Shown here: piece after piece, positions 1 through 13,043 of the stretch
Layout: every line of letters begins with the position of its first letter
Numbering within the stretch: the first letter of the stretch is position 1
Made by a program: the position numbers and the translations under genes
Notes under the pieces: generated by a model
What the model was told of the DNA's origin: nothing
The model's database searches: none
The model's input: the letters and a program-made list of their open reading frames with translations, nothing else
NCBI GenBank assembly: GCA_051362555.1
Contig: CM120642.1
Span: 16,926,001-16,990,000, forward strand
Direction of reading: 5' to 3'
From: Lingula anatina
Lineage: Eukaryota > Animalia > Brachiopoda
DNA length: 64,000 nucleotides

Positions 1-334
1 AAATGGCAAACTAAGATGGATGACATTTTTTCAAATCTACATGTACTTATGACAAAAGTCCAATGCAACCAAATCTGTTCTAAGCGTGTTTCATGCCTTC
101 AATATCTTTTATAATTTGACAATGTGTTATCTCTTGTTAATTCATGCTATTTCATATTTTCTTCAAGTTTTCGTAAAGGTTGTTATACAATAAAGAACAT
201 ATTAAAACACGTTGTTTTGTAGTTTGCAATGAGTGCGATTTGTGCGACAGTTGAAACGAATCTAGTTGTACCATGGGCATTGGAAGATATGCAAGTGTGT
301 TAAATGTGATGGGGTTTTGTAAAATGAGTCCGTC

Positions 335-1215
335 TAATTTTGAGGAGTCACAGGTGGGGTGAGTCCATTCTCTAATTTTCAGGGGTTACACGCTGGACGG
401 TCCATTGTTATTTTTAAGGGGTGGACCAGTCTACTATTATTTTGAGGGGTGACAGGTTGGTCGACTTTATTGTTATTTAAGAGGGGTGACAGGTTGGACC
501 AGTCTACTATTATTTTAAGGGGTGACAGGCTGGGTGAGTCCATTGCTATTTTGAGGGGTGACAGGTTGGACCAGTCTACTATTCTTTTAAGGGGTGACAG
601 GTTGGGTGAGTCCATTGCTATTTTTGAGGGGTGACAGGTTGGTCGCGTTCATTATTATTTAAGAGGGGTGACAGGTTGGTCGAGTCCATTCTTTCATACG
701 AGGGGTGACAGGTTGGAAGAATCCATTGTTGCTTTGAGGGGTGACAGGTTGGGCCAGTCCATTCTTCAGTACGAGGGGTGACAGGTTGGAAGAATCCATT
801 GTTACTTTGAGGGATGACAGGTTGGGCGAGTCCATTGTTATTTTTGAGGGGTAACAGGTTGGTCGAGTTCATTATTATCTATGAGGGGTGATAGGTTGGG
901 CAAATCTATTAGTCATTTTGAGGGATGACGGGTTGGTCCAGTTCATTTTCATTAATGAGGGGTGACAGGTTGGGCAAGTCTATCAGTCATTTTGAGGGAT
1001 GCCAGGTTGAGCCGGTCCATTATTATGAGGGGTGACAGTGTGGTCGAGTCCATTCTTCAGTATGAGGGGCGAAATGTTGGAAGAATCCATTTTTACTTTG
1101 AGGGATGACAGGTTGGGCGAGTCCATTGCTTTTTTTGACAGGTGACAGGTTGGTCCATTCTTAAGTACCAGGGGTGGTAGGTGGTGAGAGTGCATTCTTG
1201 ACATAGAGGGGCGAC
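335..1215. repeat. Minisatellite, ~38-39 bp unit (core GAGGGGTGACAGGTTGG...GTCCATT)
   Basis: About 20+ tandem imperfect copies of the core, degenerating at both ends. ORFs here are repeat artefacts. Confidence 0.95.
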
Positions 1216-3821
1216 GGACAAAATGCCAAAATCATCCTATAATTAATAGGCAGGGTAACACACCAATAAGGCAGAGAGACAATATACAATTGATCTTACA
1301 ATTGGTTATTACATAATTTAACATTAAAGATATAACATCCTTATAGATAAAATTTTTCAAGATTATGCCCAATTATAAGATTTTCAGTCTTTATTTTGAT
1401 CATTATTTCAAGCCTTATTTTCAGAACATTCAGTTTTTACAATTCCCCCATGCATCATTTACCTTGCACTTGCAAGCGTGGAATTTAGAATTGGTACCAA
1501 ATATACATAAATTAATAAGAACTATATATGTTTCAGTTAGGCCAAATTTTGCACAGAACAGCAATTGTAATTCTTATATCATCAGTATGTTAAAAACTAA
1601 TATTTGCGAAATATTCAACTGTTGCCATTCAATAACCATGGTTCAAGGTTAAGGTTCCATATGAAATTAGAAAGTCGTCAAACATAAATAGATTTGCAGA
1701 TACCCAACGTTGTCTTAATTAAATTAAGGAAACTGATATTAAGGAGGATTAGCGAATTGGTTCAAATGGGTGTAAAAAACTGTCTTGCTATAAAACAAAA
1801 TTGACATTTTTTTACAAAGCAAGATTGTAAATTTCCACAAACTGAAATGATAAATGTTTTTTGTTGAAAAGATTTAAGGTTATATTCTTTCAGCAGGTCA
1901 AGACACTTTTAATGCGCTAATTCCATTTTTTTTTACAAAATACTTGGTAAAGTTTTAGATTTAAACCATTTCATATCTCAATATACCATAGAAAACTGTC
2001 AATTCCAAAGATAATTAGATATATAACATTTCCAGATCAGATTTAGCTGATTGAATTTGATAGTGCTGAAACAGTTATAATTTCTTTATCATCTAAATCC
2101 TTTTTCCTCACTGTTATTACTACAGTGTATATTTATAATCATTGTTTCATATCAAAGTGAAAGACCACAGAATAACAAAAGTATTTATTCAGTTTTAATA
2201 TAACACATTAATCCTCGTAGGGTTCCCAAAGGCTAGGTCGCTTGAAGGCGCATGTTGTACAATATCTCGGTGGGCTTCTGAAATGAGAACATAATGTTTA
2301 CATAATATTTGACTTCTTGCAAAAGGTCTTAAAATCCAACTAATGCATTTAATATCACAGCAGAGAAGGTATTAATAATCGAAATGATGTGCGTACTTAT
2401 GGCTTGTCCCAGTTAGTATAAGCTTAGCTTAGGCTGAAATCGTGGCTGTCTTACGCCAAAATTAAGATCTGAAATGAGTTAATAACATGACTATTTGAGA
2501 TATCTTGCAAGAAAAGAAACACTGAAAATACAACCTCTTTCATTTGAGGGGGATACATGTTGTACGATCGTTAATATATTGCAATTACTATTGAATGTTA
2601 TCATATCTATAATGGTTACGCATCACGCGTTTGGGGGGCGACGCTTATTGTAAATGACGTATTTCTGATCTACAGAAACGCAAGAAGAAATAAAATTTAT
2701 TGCACGTAATTTGGGTGCAAGTACAATCCAAGTTTTAGTATAGTATAGTACATGTATGTCGTGTAATGCCCAACGTACTCTTATAATCACCAGCTTGTCT
2801 ATATTCTACTCAATGCCAGGAGGAAACATGTTAGTCTATAATTCGATCGCATTCAGAGAGTCAAAGGGAGTTGGTGTGCATTAGCTACGTCGACAAAATT
2901 TACACCGAGCGGTACTTAAATCAAAACCAATATATCTTTACATTTTGACAAACAAGTGCATCGTAATGTTGGGCATAATATTACAAAGAACTGTTAGAAA
3001 TATCTTTTTCGTAAATTATGTTTCATTTGTCTGCGCCTTTGATATTTAAAAGCGGCGGTCAGTAAAGAAGTAATGATACTTACAATACATGCATTTGCTT
3101 CTACGCCTCATGTAAGCTCAACTTTGCGACTGGACCCCACTTACTGTTGCGTCTTTGTCTCGCTGTGGTCAACATCCAAGTGAGTATTTTGTAAGACAGC
3201 TCACACTACGACAAGCAACTTTTTGTTATGCAAATTACAGCAGGGATGGTTTATTTTCGCTAAAGGGAGGTTAAGTAGAAACTATTGACAAATGCTCAAA
3301 TTAAAAATATATGTCCATTTGTCCAAAGTCCATTTGTTGTTGAGATGCACAAGTTTATTTCTAAAAAATTACCCTTGCACCTTGCAGTTTAATATCGTTA
3401 ATACACAACTTCCACAAAAGACAACACCTGGGGAAGAAGCTGGTGTTGATAATTATGATTGATTATAATTAATTATACAAACCGACTATTCCGCACAGAC
3501 ATAATCATGATAAGGTGGATCGATAAAACAGCACCGGCGGTTCCGAGTGCTGTTAGAACAGCAATACATATGTATACCGAGAAATCCATGTTTTTTTTTC
3601 TCATTTTCTATCAAAGATCTCGGGACCGAGAAATAAATTAGTTATTTTTTTTTGGAGGGGGGGGGGAGCAACAGTTGAAGGCTTCCAATATGTACATTTT
3701 TTATTTTATGCTGAACAAGACGGGTCTTTTTTACATAACTGGTCATAAACATCGTTATCCAGGTGTGGTAGACCTCGGAACGGAAGTCCGGGACCCCATA
3801 TGGTTAGTACAAGTTAGGTTA

Positions 3822-3953
3822 GACTACCCTCTACCAGGTCATTTGATTTTCACAAGATATTCACAGATATGTCTTTAGATAAATAGAAGGTCATTTGATT
3901 CTGTCTTTTTGAAAGCTTGCCTATAATATCTGCCACTTTGGTAGAGGGTAGTG
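3822..3953. mobile_element. Tiny MITE with CACTA-like terminal inverted repeat
   Basis: actaccctctacca (3823-3836) is the perfect inverse of tggtagagggtagt (3939-3952). The right end reads CACTA on the minus strand. Confidence 0.4.
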
Positions 3954-4059
3954 CTAGGCAAGGTATTGAGACGAACGTCTGCTGTACAAAGTAATGGGGA
4001 ACGGACTATACGTTTCTAAGCGGCCTACCATCCCTGTCACACCGGCAGAAAGTTTTACC

Positions 4060-4640
4060 AATGAAAAAGTGAACAAGAAAAAAAGGTTTAACTTTTAATG
4101 CCATTCGAAACAAGCCAATAAAAGAACCTGAAACCACCCTACTCCAAAGTTATGCTGTCCAATTCTTTGTGCCCTCTTGGTTGAGCTTTCTCTTTCAGTA
4201 AGTACTTTTCAAATAGGGATCTCATTCTTATTGTGAAAATGGAACATTTTGGTTCGGGTTATGTGTCGCTTTAATGGAATTATCAGTGCATCTGTCGGTA
4301 CATTGATATATAGGCACGTAAGCGTATGAAGGCTTATGAAATCGTTTTTGGCAGAGCAAGATAGGTCCTTTTGAATAACTTTCCACTAACCACGTTATCC
4401 TGACTAAAGTTTTATCTGGCGCTAATGAAAAAATGAACAAGGTTTTCTTCTTTATACCATTCGAAAACCTGCAACAGAATTCCGTACCTGTATAACCACC
4501 CTACGTAAATGTTATGCTGTTTGATTCCTAGTTCCCTCTTGGTTGAGCTTTCACTTTTAATGAGCGTCTTTTTCAAAAAGGAATCCTAGTCTTATTGTAC
4601 AAATGTGAAATTTTGATTCGTATAATACGCCACTTTAATA
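4060..4640. repeat. Diverged direct duplication (~365 bp period)
   Basis: Blocks aatgaaaaa..aacaag, ccattcgaaa, aaccaccctac, gttatgctgt and ccctcttggttgagcttt recur in the same order at ~4060-4270 and ~4425-4640. Confidence 0.7.
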
Positions 4641-5590
4641 GATCTATCGACACATCCATTGGGATGTGTACCTACATTGATTCTATGTACATTTTTGTGT
4701 AGAGCTTACCCCAGGAGAAGATCCCTATTTATAACTCCTCTGACATAATGTACACTTCATACACTGATTGTCTGATGCATGCCAATGTATAAGTAATTGT
4801 TTTGTGGCTTTGAAGTTAATAAAACTCGATATTTTACACTCGCAAAAATGGAATAGCATGTTCATTTGTAGACGTATTTTCGGCCAGACTTAATGGACTA
4901 TTGATGGTGGACATTGGAACGTTTTGGGGTTTTCAAATGTTTAGCTTACTGCACAGGCGATGCAAAACTTTGCATTTGGCTGTTTCTTTTTAAACCCGAT
5001 TGGATTTTTTTCTTCAGTAAATATGTTTCTTTTTTTTTATTTTGCATCTGCCAGTTTTTGGCACTTATACTTGCATGTCTGTCCATTTGACAGCTCTACT
5101 GCTTTATTTAACATTGTGTCATTTTTCCGTTTCTTATTTTGCTGTTTGTAGATCTGCAAGCTTTGCTGTTTAGTATTATTCTATACTTAAAAGTATTAAA
5201 ATGATTTGCATTTTGGGCAAAAGGTACTGGTGACATTTAAATGGGTCCGACCTTGATCATGACTAAAAATCAAAGCCCAAAAATTAAAAATAACAGTATG
5301 GCCTACAAAATATTTTATTACTTCTCTCACCAAATGTTAGACAAATAATCAATAGCAAAACCTTGTCATTGCTTTATTTTAAAATTGCAAAACAAGACTA
5401 AACAGTAAGTCTAGTATAAAATAAAAGTGAGAATGTTAACAAATGTTCAATAAAAAGGAGTGACCACATAAAATAACACACCTAATACACAGTTTTCATA
5501 TGAATGATAACATTCATTTTATAAAATGTAAGTATATTTCTTTTTTTGTCAGTTTGTTCCCCCTGGGGCACTAATGGTACATATCACTTG

Positions 5591-8045
5591 TAGTCCGGTT
5601 GCTTAGGGCAAAAAAATGGCCAAATCGTGACACAGCGGATAAAAGCACCAAATTTTGCATGTGGGTACCTTTTGACATACTAAATCAAATTAGAGCCGTA
5701 GCCCACGGAAAAAATTTACCGTTTGGCCAAAAAATCCAAAATGGCCGCCAATTTGTGAAATTTTGTAGAAATATATACATATCTATGTTGATTTTTATCA
5801 AATTAAGTATTTTCTCAATGTTTTCCACATCCTTATTACCCATATTATGCATATGTGTCAGATAACAAACTAGTGTCCTTGGACTTATTGAAAAATCCAA
5901 GATGGCCGCCATATGACATAGGAATACTAGAACATGTACAAGGTACAAGGGTTTTCAACTAACTAATGCCAACTAGGAAGATGCATTGCCCACTATCTAA
6001 TTAGTTTTGTTTCTTATTACACAAATAATATATTTGTGGTGAGTAACTGACCTTTATTCACAGGAAATTCGAGAAAAATCCAAGATGGCCCCCATATCAA
6101 AGGAATACTAGTATACACATAGGGCTTCTTCTGCCATGGAGATATAATATTAATTGATAAATTAGGTTTCTTTCTGAGTATTTTCCACATCTTTTTAATT
6201 TACATAATACATATGTGATGAGAATGTTATGTGTATCCTTTTTGAAAACAAAACAAAACAAAATGGCTGCCATTAGCCATAGAAGGTGGGGTTCAGTTAA
6301 TACCTGCTAGAGATAGGCTTACAAATAAAATGAAGCTGAATTCAGTTGTTATTCTGTTTTTTTTTTTTAGTATTATTATCCCATGATACATATCTGCTAA
6401 GTAATTAATGTCCATATTTTATCATTTTGGGGAAATCCAAGATGGCCTTCTTTTCCCCATAGGAAAACTGGTGCATTAGATTTTATAGGCACTTCTAAGG
6501 CAAATGAGGGTAATCATGATGTTTTTTCAAAATACTGAAGGGTATACACTTGTTACCCACCAGATAGATATCTAAAAGTCCAAAAGGAACGTGGGAAATA
6601 CCGAGAAACAAAATTCATTTTATATTGAACCCAATGTCTCTCTGGCAGTAGCTGAATGTACTATTCTTGGGTTTTCTCCGAATAATACTCAAGGATACAT
6701 ACACTTTCAAAACACACAGAGTCTTTCATAAGGATAAATAGGATATGAAAAACATTTAAAAACGACCCAAAGTTAACTACATTTAAATCGTACTCAGTGT
6801 ATCTCTAGCATTATTTGATTATGTGTTCGAATATTCTAATGACAAAAGACAGACATCTTGAATTTTTTCAGAATACCCAAAGATACACACATGCTATACT
6901 ACAGACCAGGTATACATCATAGGGGTAATAATAAATGGAATGAAAATCATGAATTATTTTTAAAACAAACCCATGGAAATGTAATTGTATAATGAACCAT
7001 ATGCCTCTCTAGCAGCAATTGAAACCCACCTAGTATTCCTATGTTAAATTGTAGGTATCTTTTTCTCAGAATATCCAAGAATGCACACTTTTTAAGGATG
7101 GGCAAAACTTGATAAGCAAACACAAATTCACCCTGGTAGTAGATGAAAAGCCATGGATGTGCAGTTGTAATTCCAGTAGTATTCCTATGGCCAGTGACGG
7201 CCATCTTGGGTTTTCTCAAAATGATCAAATATGCACATTTATTACCTGCTAGATATGTATCACAGTGTAATAATAATAATGTGTTAAACACTAAAAAAAT
7301 AAACTGAATTTGATAGTGAATTAGTTGGCATTAGTTCCAACCCTTTGTAATACTAGAAGTATTCCTATTACATATGACGGCCATCTTGGATTTTCTTCAA
7401 ATGCTCAAGAATACTGTTAGTTACTCACCACATACATATTGTGTGGGTAGAAAGGATGTGGAAAACACTCAGAAACCAGCTTAATTTGATAGTGAAAAAC
7501 TAATCTTTCCAGTTGCCATTAGTTGAATCCCCCGTTTACTAGAACTCCTGTGGCACATGGCAGCCATCTTGGATTTTCCAAAATGCCCAAGAACATTTCG
7601 TAGTTACTCACCACAAACATATTATGTGGGTAACAAAGATCTGAGAAACAGACTTAATTTGATAGTGGACAACGTATCGTTCTAGCTGGTAATAGTTGTG
7701 CACTAGTATTCCTATGGCTGTTTCTATGGCAAATGACAGCCATCTTGGATTTTTTCAAAAAGTCCAAGGGAACTTGTTTGCTATCTGACATATATGAATA
7801 AAATGGTCAATAAGGGTGTGGAAAACTCTGAGAAAATAATTTATTTGATAAAAATCAACATAGGTATGTACATAATTCTAAAGATTTCAATAAATTGGCG
7901 GCCATTTTGGATTTTTTGGCCAAACGGTAAATTTTTTCCGTGGGCTACGGCTCTAATTTGATTTAGAATGTCAAAAGGTACCCACATGCAAAATTTGGTG
8001 CTTTTATCCGCCGTGTCACGATTTTTTCCTTAAGCCACCGGACTA
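5591..8045. mobile_element. Non-autonomous foldback DNA transposon, Academ-like
   Basis: Termini TAGTCCGG...CCGGACTA. Near-perfect TIRs of ~150-200 bp extend into long imperfect arms. 3-bp TSD TTG (5588-5590 / 8046-8048). TAG termini with a 3-bp TSD fit Academ. No transposase. Confidence 0.85.
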
Positions 8046-8914
8046 TTGAGATTCAAGGTTAAATTACAGTAATGGCTTGACGTTTTCAATGAGCAAAATT
8101 AATAAACTTTCAGATACAATGTACATATTTTTATAATCACAAAAATTATACTTCAGTATAGCATTTGTGGTGTTTTTACTACACAGAATAGAACTATTGA
8201 GTAGCTTGCATTTTACTTTTGTTGTATCCACTCAATAAGAATGTTCTGATTTTAAGAAGTTATGACTTAAAAATACAGTGTCTGTAAAATTCACAATTTT
8301 CCCCCAAAGAAAAGATAACTACTCACTCCAACAACTTTTGTCAAATTATGCATAAAACAATTGTTAAGACTCTGGGCTATAAACTATAAGTTAAACACAG
8401 CTTTAAAAAATTATGAAAAATTTATGAACCACACTGATTTCAGTCTGAAATATTGTTCAAGGGTAAAAAACATTAAAAATATATGGAGGCCTTCCACTGC
8501 CGTATAGTTTTCCACATAGATGAAGATCATTTCAATGAGGAAAATTATATTTTTACATTAAAAAATCAAAATGAATAAATTTGACTCCCATTACAATTTT
8601 TAGTTTGAAAAAAGTTCAAATAAAGATAAGATAAAACTTATCTAAATTTTAAATTTATTTGAAAAATAATTTGAAAGTGATTTTAAATGTGTATACAAAG
8701 TAAAATAATTTCAATGTGTTAACAATCTGAAAATGAAAGCAGCCTATCCCAGAATGCTTTGCTACAAGTTGCCAGACAGTTTCGGTGCGCTAAAGGAAGA
8801 AGAGAAGCAGGAATAGGTCCAGAAACCATCAAAGTTTATATTTTTGAGCATGCTTAACTTCTTTCAATTTAGAAAGTAAACCCCTGTCCAACCAACAGAA
8901 TGGCAGGGCACACA

Positions 8915-10000
8915 CACTGTAAAACATTTCCTGATTTTTCCCCGTAATATACCGTGAATATTAATGATAGTCTACCGTCCACACATTTCGCGGGAAGTTA
9001 CCATGATAAGTATGGCTTTACAGTATTTTACTGTGTTGCGTTGAATTGGGTGAATGGTTTCTTTAGACAAGTCTATGTAATTTAATGAAAAGTGGAGAAG
9101 GTGTATAGTCTTGTAAAAAAAGGCAAGATATTCTAAATAAATGATAGTGTCAGTGAATGTATCAACACTGATATTGATGACAGCAAGAAATATCAGGTAT
9201 TAAAAGAAACCCATTCTCGGTGTGACATAACGTGTAAAATAAATACACTGCCACCTGAGACGATATGCGCTATTACAACTCCGAGCAATTAGCAAAGCGT
9301 GGAATAGCGCATATCGGTTGAGGGGTAACCGTGTATTATTCCACATTCATACAGAGGGGACTAGTTTTGTTGCCTTTATTTGATTATCATTCGATTTAAG
9401 TAAAGATGATAATGAAAAATACAATGTAATAGAGTTATTTTCATGCTAAATGTACAAATATTGGGTGAGTGGCTATAGTCCCCGAAAGGTAAAAAGTAAC
9501 GTACCAGTAAGAGAGGAAACACAGTTAAGGTCAAAGCCGTCTGACCAGTATAGGAGTGTAAACTGGGGACCACAAAATGTGCCAAAGGGTAAGACAGAAG
9601 AGACAATAACAACCAAACTGGCTGAGCTTAAATCCATTTGGCAACAATATGGTCCACAGGTTGCTAATGAAAACAATATAGAAGAACTTAAGCATTTGAC
9701 ATACATCCTACAGCGCCGAATTATAAACGGGGAGGAAACCATTGGAGATGGCTCCTGAAGCATTTCAAAAACCTAGTGGGAAGATCTGCAAGAGATAAAT
9801 GGGCATCAACAGTTGAAAGAAGGAAGAGAGGATTTTGGAATTCTTCAAGCAGAGTGGTTGCAATAGAGGACAAAGTATGCTCGGCCAGTATCTTCCCCAA
9901 GTGAGTGACCAAGAAAAATTGCCTGTCATCCTGGTTCTGCTCATCATAGCTCACTTTGATGAAAGTGTGGATTCACTTTTAATTCTTGCAGAGGTGATTA
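8915..10000 (+). mobile_element. EnSpm/CACTA-like fragment with degraded SAMD3-like accessory ORF
   Basis: CACTGTAAAA end at 8915. 9480-9992 reads VNWGPQNVPKGKTEE..QQYGP..TYILQRRIING and LLIIAHFDESVDSL, as in animal EnSpm accessory proteins, with stops and frameshifts. Confidence 0.55.
9238..9342. repeat. Short palindromic element
   Basis: cgatatgcgctatt and aatagcgcatatcg form inverted arms, with weaker outer arms (aataaatacac / gtgtattatt). Confidence 0.5.
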
Positions 10001-10141
10001 TTGTTAAAGGGATAACAACTGTTTATTTTGGACAAAAAATGCAGAACTTTACATGCACTTTTGTCTTAGAACTTTACATGCACTATAATTAGTGCTTGTT
10101 CTGGCAGGTTACGTTACGCTCTTTCTCATTTTCAGAGTGAT

Positions 10142-10978
10142 ATGGCGGAAGACGACAATCCCAAGCCCGATCCTTTTTTGGCTATGTCTGCAGCTATTAC
10201 ACAGATGGCCACCTCTGTGCAGGATCTGGGCATGTCCCTTGGGAATAAACTTGATACTCTTGTGAGTCTGCAGAGTAATACTGCTTTACATAGGCAGCCA
10301 CAGAGCGGCAGCTCTACTGATCATGACCAGATGGACTGTGAGGTTCTTCTTGACCAGTTCACTTGCCCTTCTACCTGTGAGGACGCCCAGAGTGATAATC
10401 TTACAGCAGCTGACAGCATTTTTCATGTTCTGTCACAAGATTTGGAGTGGGAGGGCACTGGATCTCCATTCCCTGAGGATATTGCAACCCTAATTACCTC
10501 CTTACTCTCCTCTGGGTTGCCAGAGGAAAAACTGAAGGACAAGCTGAGTGCTTAGCTCACGCCGGCCAACATACCTCTATTATGTAAGGTCAAAGTCAAT
10601 CAAGTCATCTGGGATTCCCTGGACACGACTGCTAGGTCCAGTGATCTCAAACTCCAGAAAGTCCAAGGACTTATTACCAAAGCTTTGATGGCTGGGATCA
10701 GTGCGGCAACTAAACTGAAGGCAGCTGGAGTGCAACAAGAGGATCTCCTCCAATCCCTCCGTCACACCACAGACAGCATTGTTTTTCTTGCTATGGCTTC
10801 CAGGGAGATCAATTTCCTTAAACCCCACATCCATGCTGATTATGTACCTCTGTGCTCCACAGCAGTCCCTATTACAGAAGAGTTGTTTGGTGACGACCTC
10901 AGTCAACGTATAAAGGACATAAAAGAACTTAAAGTCACCAAGCAGGCGCTACAACCCCCCTCAAGCGGCCTTTTTTAG
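10142..10978 (+). pseudogene. DIRS retrotransposon ORF1 (gag-like), disrupted
   Basis: Read-through of the stop at 10553-10555 gives PANIPLLCKVKVNQVIWDSL..ARSSDLKLQKVQ..YVPLCS..TEELFGDDL, the typical DIRS gag pattern. Confidence 0.8.
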
Positions 10979-11124
10979 GGAGGAAGCCAGTGACCCCTTA
11001 CCCCAGCAGGGCACTCCGCACTCAGTTCCAACACAGACGGGGAAGAGGAAGAGGATCTCCCCAGTACATGAAGAAAGGGTACCCTGCCAAGAACTTATAA
11101 AGGTGGGCAATTCTAACTTTTATT

Positions 11125-12100
11125 GTGCGGGGAATTTAAAAAAACTCACGCCTTGAATGGGAAAAGATTACTAGTGACTCTTTTATCCTTAATGCTGTTA
11201 CTCAGTATAGGCTCAAGTTTATTGACAATTTACCACCTTGACAGATTTTTATACCTACACCCATTAAATTTAAGGAGCAAGAGACTAAGATAATAGACCA
11301 GGAAATTCAGAACTTTTTGGATAAGAAGATTATTGTGCCTTGTCAACATAGCAGCCCACAGTTTATCTCTAACATTTTTATTTGTCAGAAGAAAAGCCGG
11401 AAATTCCGCATTATCCTTAATCTGAGTCAGCTCAACAAATTTATTGTGTACCAAAAATTTAAAATGGATACACTGGAGACCATTATTAAACTGATGAGAG
11501 AAGGGGCTTTTATGGGGTCATTGGATCTAAAGGATGCTTATTATTCTGTTCCGATTGCTACAGAAGATCAATGCTATCTCCGGTTTCTTTGGGGAGGGGA
11601 CTTATTTTAGTTAACTTGCCTTCCCATGGGACTCACCAATTCGCCACGTATCTTCAGCAAAATCCTACAACCTGTTATGGCTGAGTTAATGCTATTTACG
11701 TTGATGACACTTTTCTTCTGGGGGATTCTTATGATGAATGCGTTAAGAACATCACAGCCACACAGAATCTACCCATTAGACTGGGGTTCAGCCTTAATTA
11801 TGAGAAATCAGTCACTATACCTAAACAGCAGCTTGTTATGCTTGGGTTTTTACTTGACTCTACAGGCATGACTGTCTGTCTCACCCTCCAGAAAGCAACT
11901 CACATAAAAGATCTCTTCACTAAGCTCGTTGATTCTCTAGTCATAACCATTCAAGCTCTCTCAGAAGCTATCGGCACCCTGTGTGCAACATTCCCTGGAG
12001 TCGAATTTGGGCCTCTCTTTTATCGTGTGTTAGAACGGGACAAAAATGCTGGGTTAGCTAGGTGCAAAGGCGATTATTCAGGTGTCATAACTCTTAGTAA
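11125..12100 (+). pseudogene. DIRS reverse transcriptase, disrupted and 3'-truncated
   Basis: WEKITSDSFIL, FISNIF..KK..KFRIILNL..LN, FKMDTL, DLKDAYYSVPI, LPMGLTNSPRIFSK and YVDD (frameshifted). No RNase H or tyrosine recombinase follows. Confidence 0.9.
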
Positions 12101-12571
12101 ACATGCAGGAAATGACTGTAATGGAAAGGAACAGTTTTCAGAGACAATGATTATGCCTAACTCAGTTGCATGTAGTTCACAGGATGTGAATGTTCCGTGT
12201 GTAGATTTGGATAGAAAGTCAGCAGTAACACTGACATCGGAGGAAAGTATCTCTGATGAAGCTAAGGATGAGACATTGACATTATGCAGATCAGCTCGTG
12301 TTGTAAAGAAGCCTGAGAGGCTTATTAAAGTAAAGTAAAAGGAAAAAAACTATTGTTAAAAGACTGTTGGATTAAAGGACTGTTGTGTTAAAAGACTGTT
12401 ACCTTAAAGGACTGTTGCATTACAAAATTAGTGTTAATAGGCTTTTACATGCATCAAGTACTTAAGAAGTTGCATGTTAAAAGACGTTTAAGTGTTTAAA
12501 AGTTCATGGTTATAACTTGACAGTTTTGTTTCTCGAGTGGAGAGATTACACAATTATCAAGAACAAGGACT

Positions 12572-12790
12572 TGTAGTGCCCTGGGGGTCAAGAGATGACC
12601 TGGAAGTGTGTCACTGGACATGCGCAGTGAGGAGAAGTGCTAGATAGTGTGTGGCATGTGGAAGACGTGAAGACATGAAAATACAGTGACAAGTAGAAAA
12701 GTGAACAAATCTCGGAATTGGCTGACCATCTGACCAAGGTAAGAACTTTTACTTTCACTAGACCCGCTGATAAATAGCCCCGGTGCTATA
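12572..12790 (+). repeat. 5' LTR of element B
   Basis: TGTAG...CTATA, a direct repeat of 23734-23948. Confidence 0.95.
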
Positions 12791-12791
12791 T

Positions 12792-12805
12792 TGGTGGCAG
12801 CTGGG
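12792..12805 (+). promoter_or_regulatory. Primer binding site, probably tRNA-Leu
   Basis: tggtggcagc lies 1 nt after the LTR and is complementary to the ...GCUGCCACCA 3' end of Leu tRNAs. Confidence 0.7.
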
Positions 12806-13043
12806 TCAGATTTGTGCCATATTTTGCAGAAAAAATTACGAATTTATCTGCTGCGGAGTTTTCTGCAACGGAGCTGAACTCTGTACTCGGGCATGGACGC
12901 TACCATTTTTGCAGTTGTTGTTTATTTTGTTAAAGGAAACCCCAGCACAGACTGGTGAGTGTGATTAGTGTGTTTTTAGAGTTAGTTATTTCAAGTTTTT
13001 TAGAGTATTCTTTGATTTTCGTGGACATGTGGGAAAAAACAAA

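Noticed and set aside
335-1215. CRISPR-like repeat/spacer appearance
   Set aside because: The variable parts are homologous to one another, the context is eukaryotic and there are no cas genes. It is a minisatellite.
1743-2217. Possible Kolobok MITE (TTAA|GGAGGATTAG ... TAATCCTCG)
   Set aside because: The right end is degenerate and lacks TTAA, so support is insufficient.
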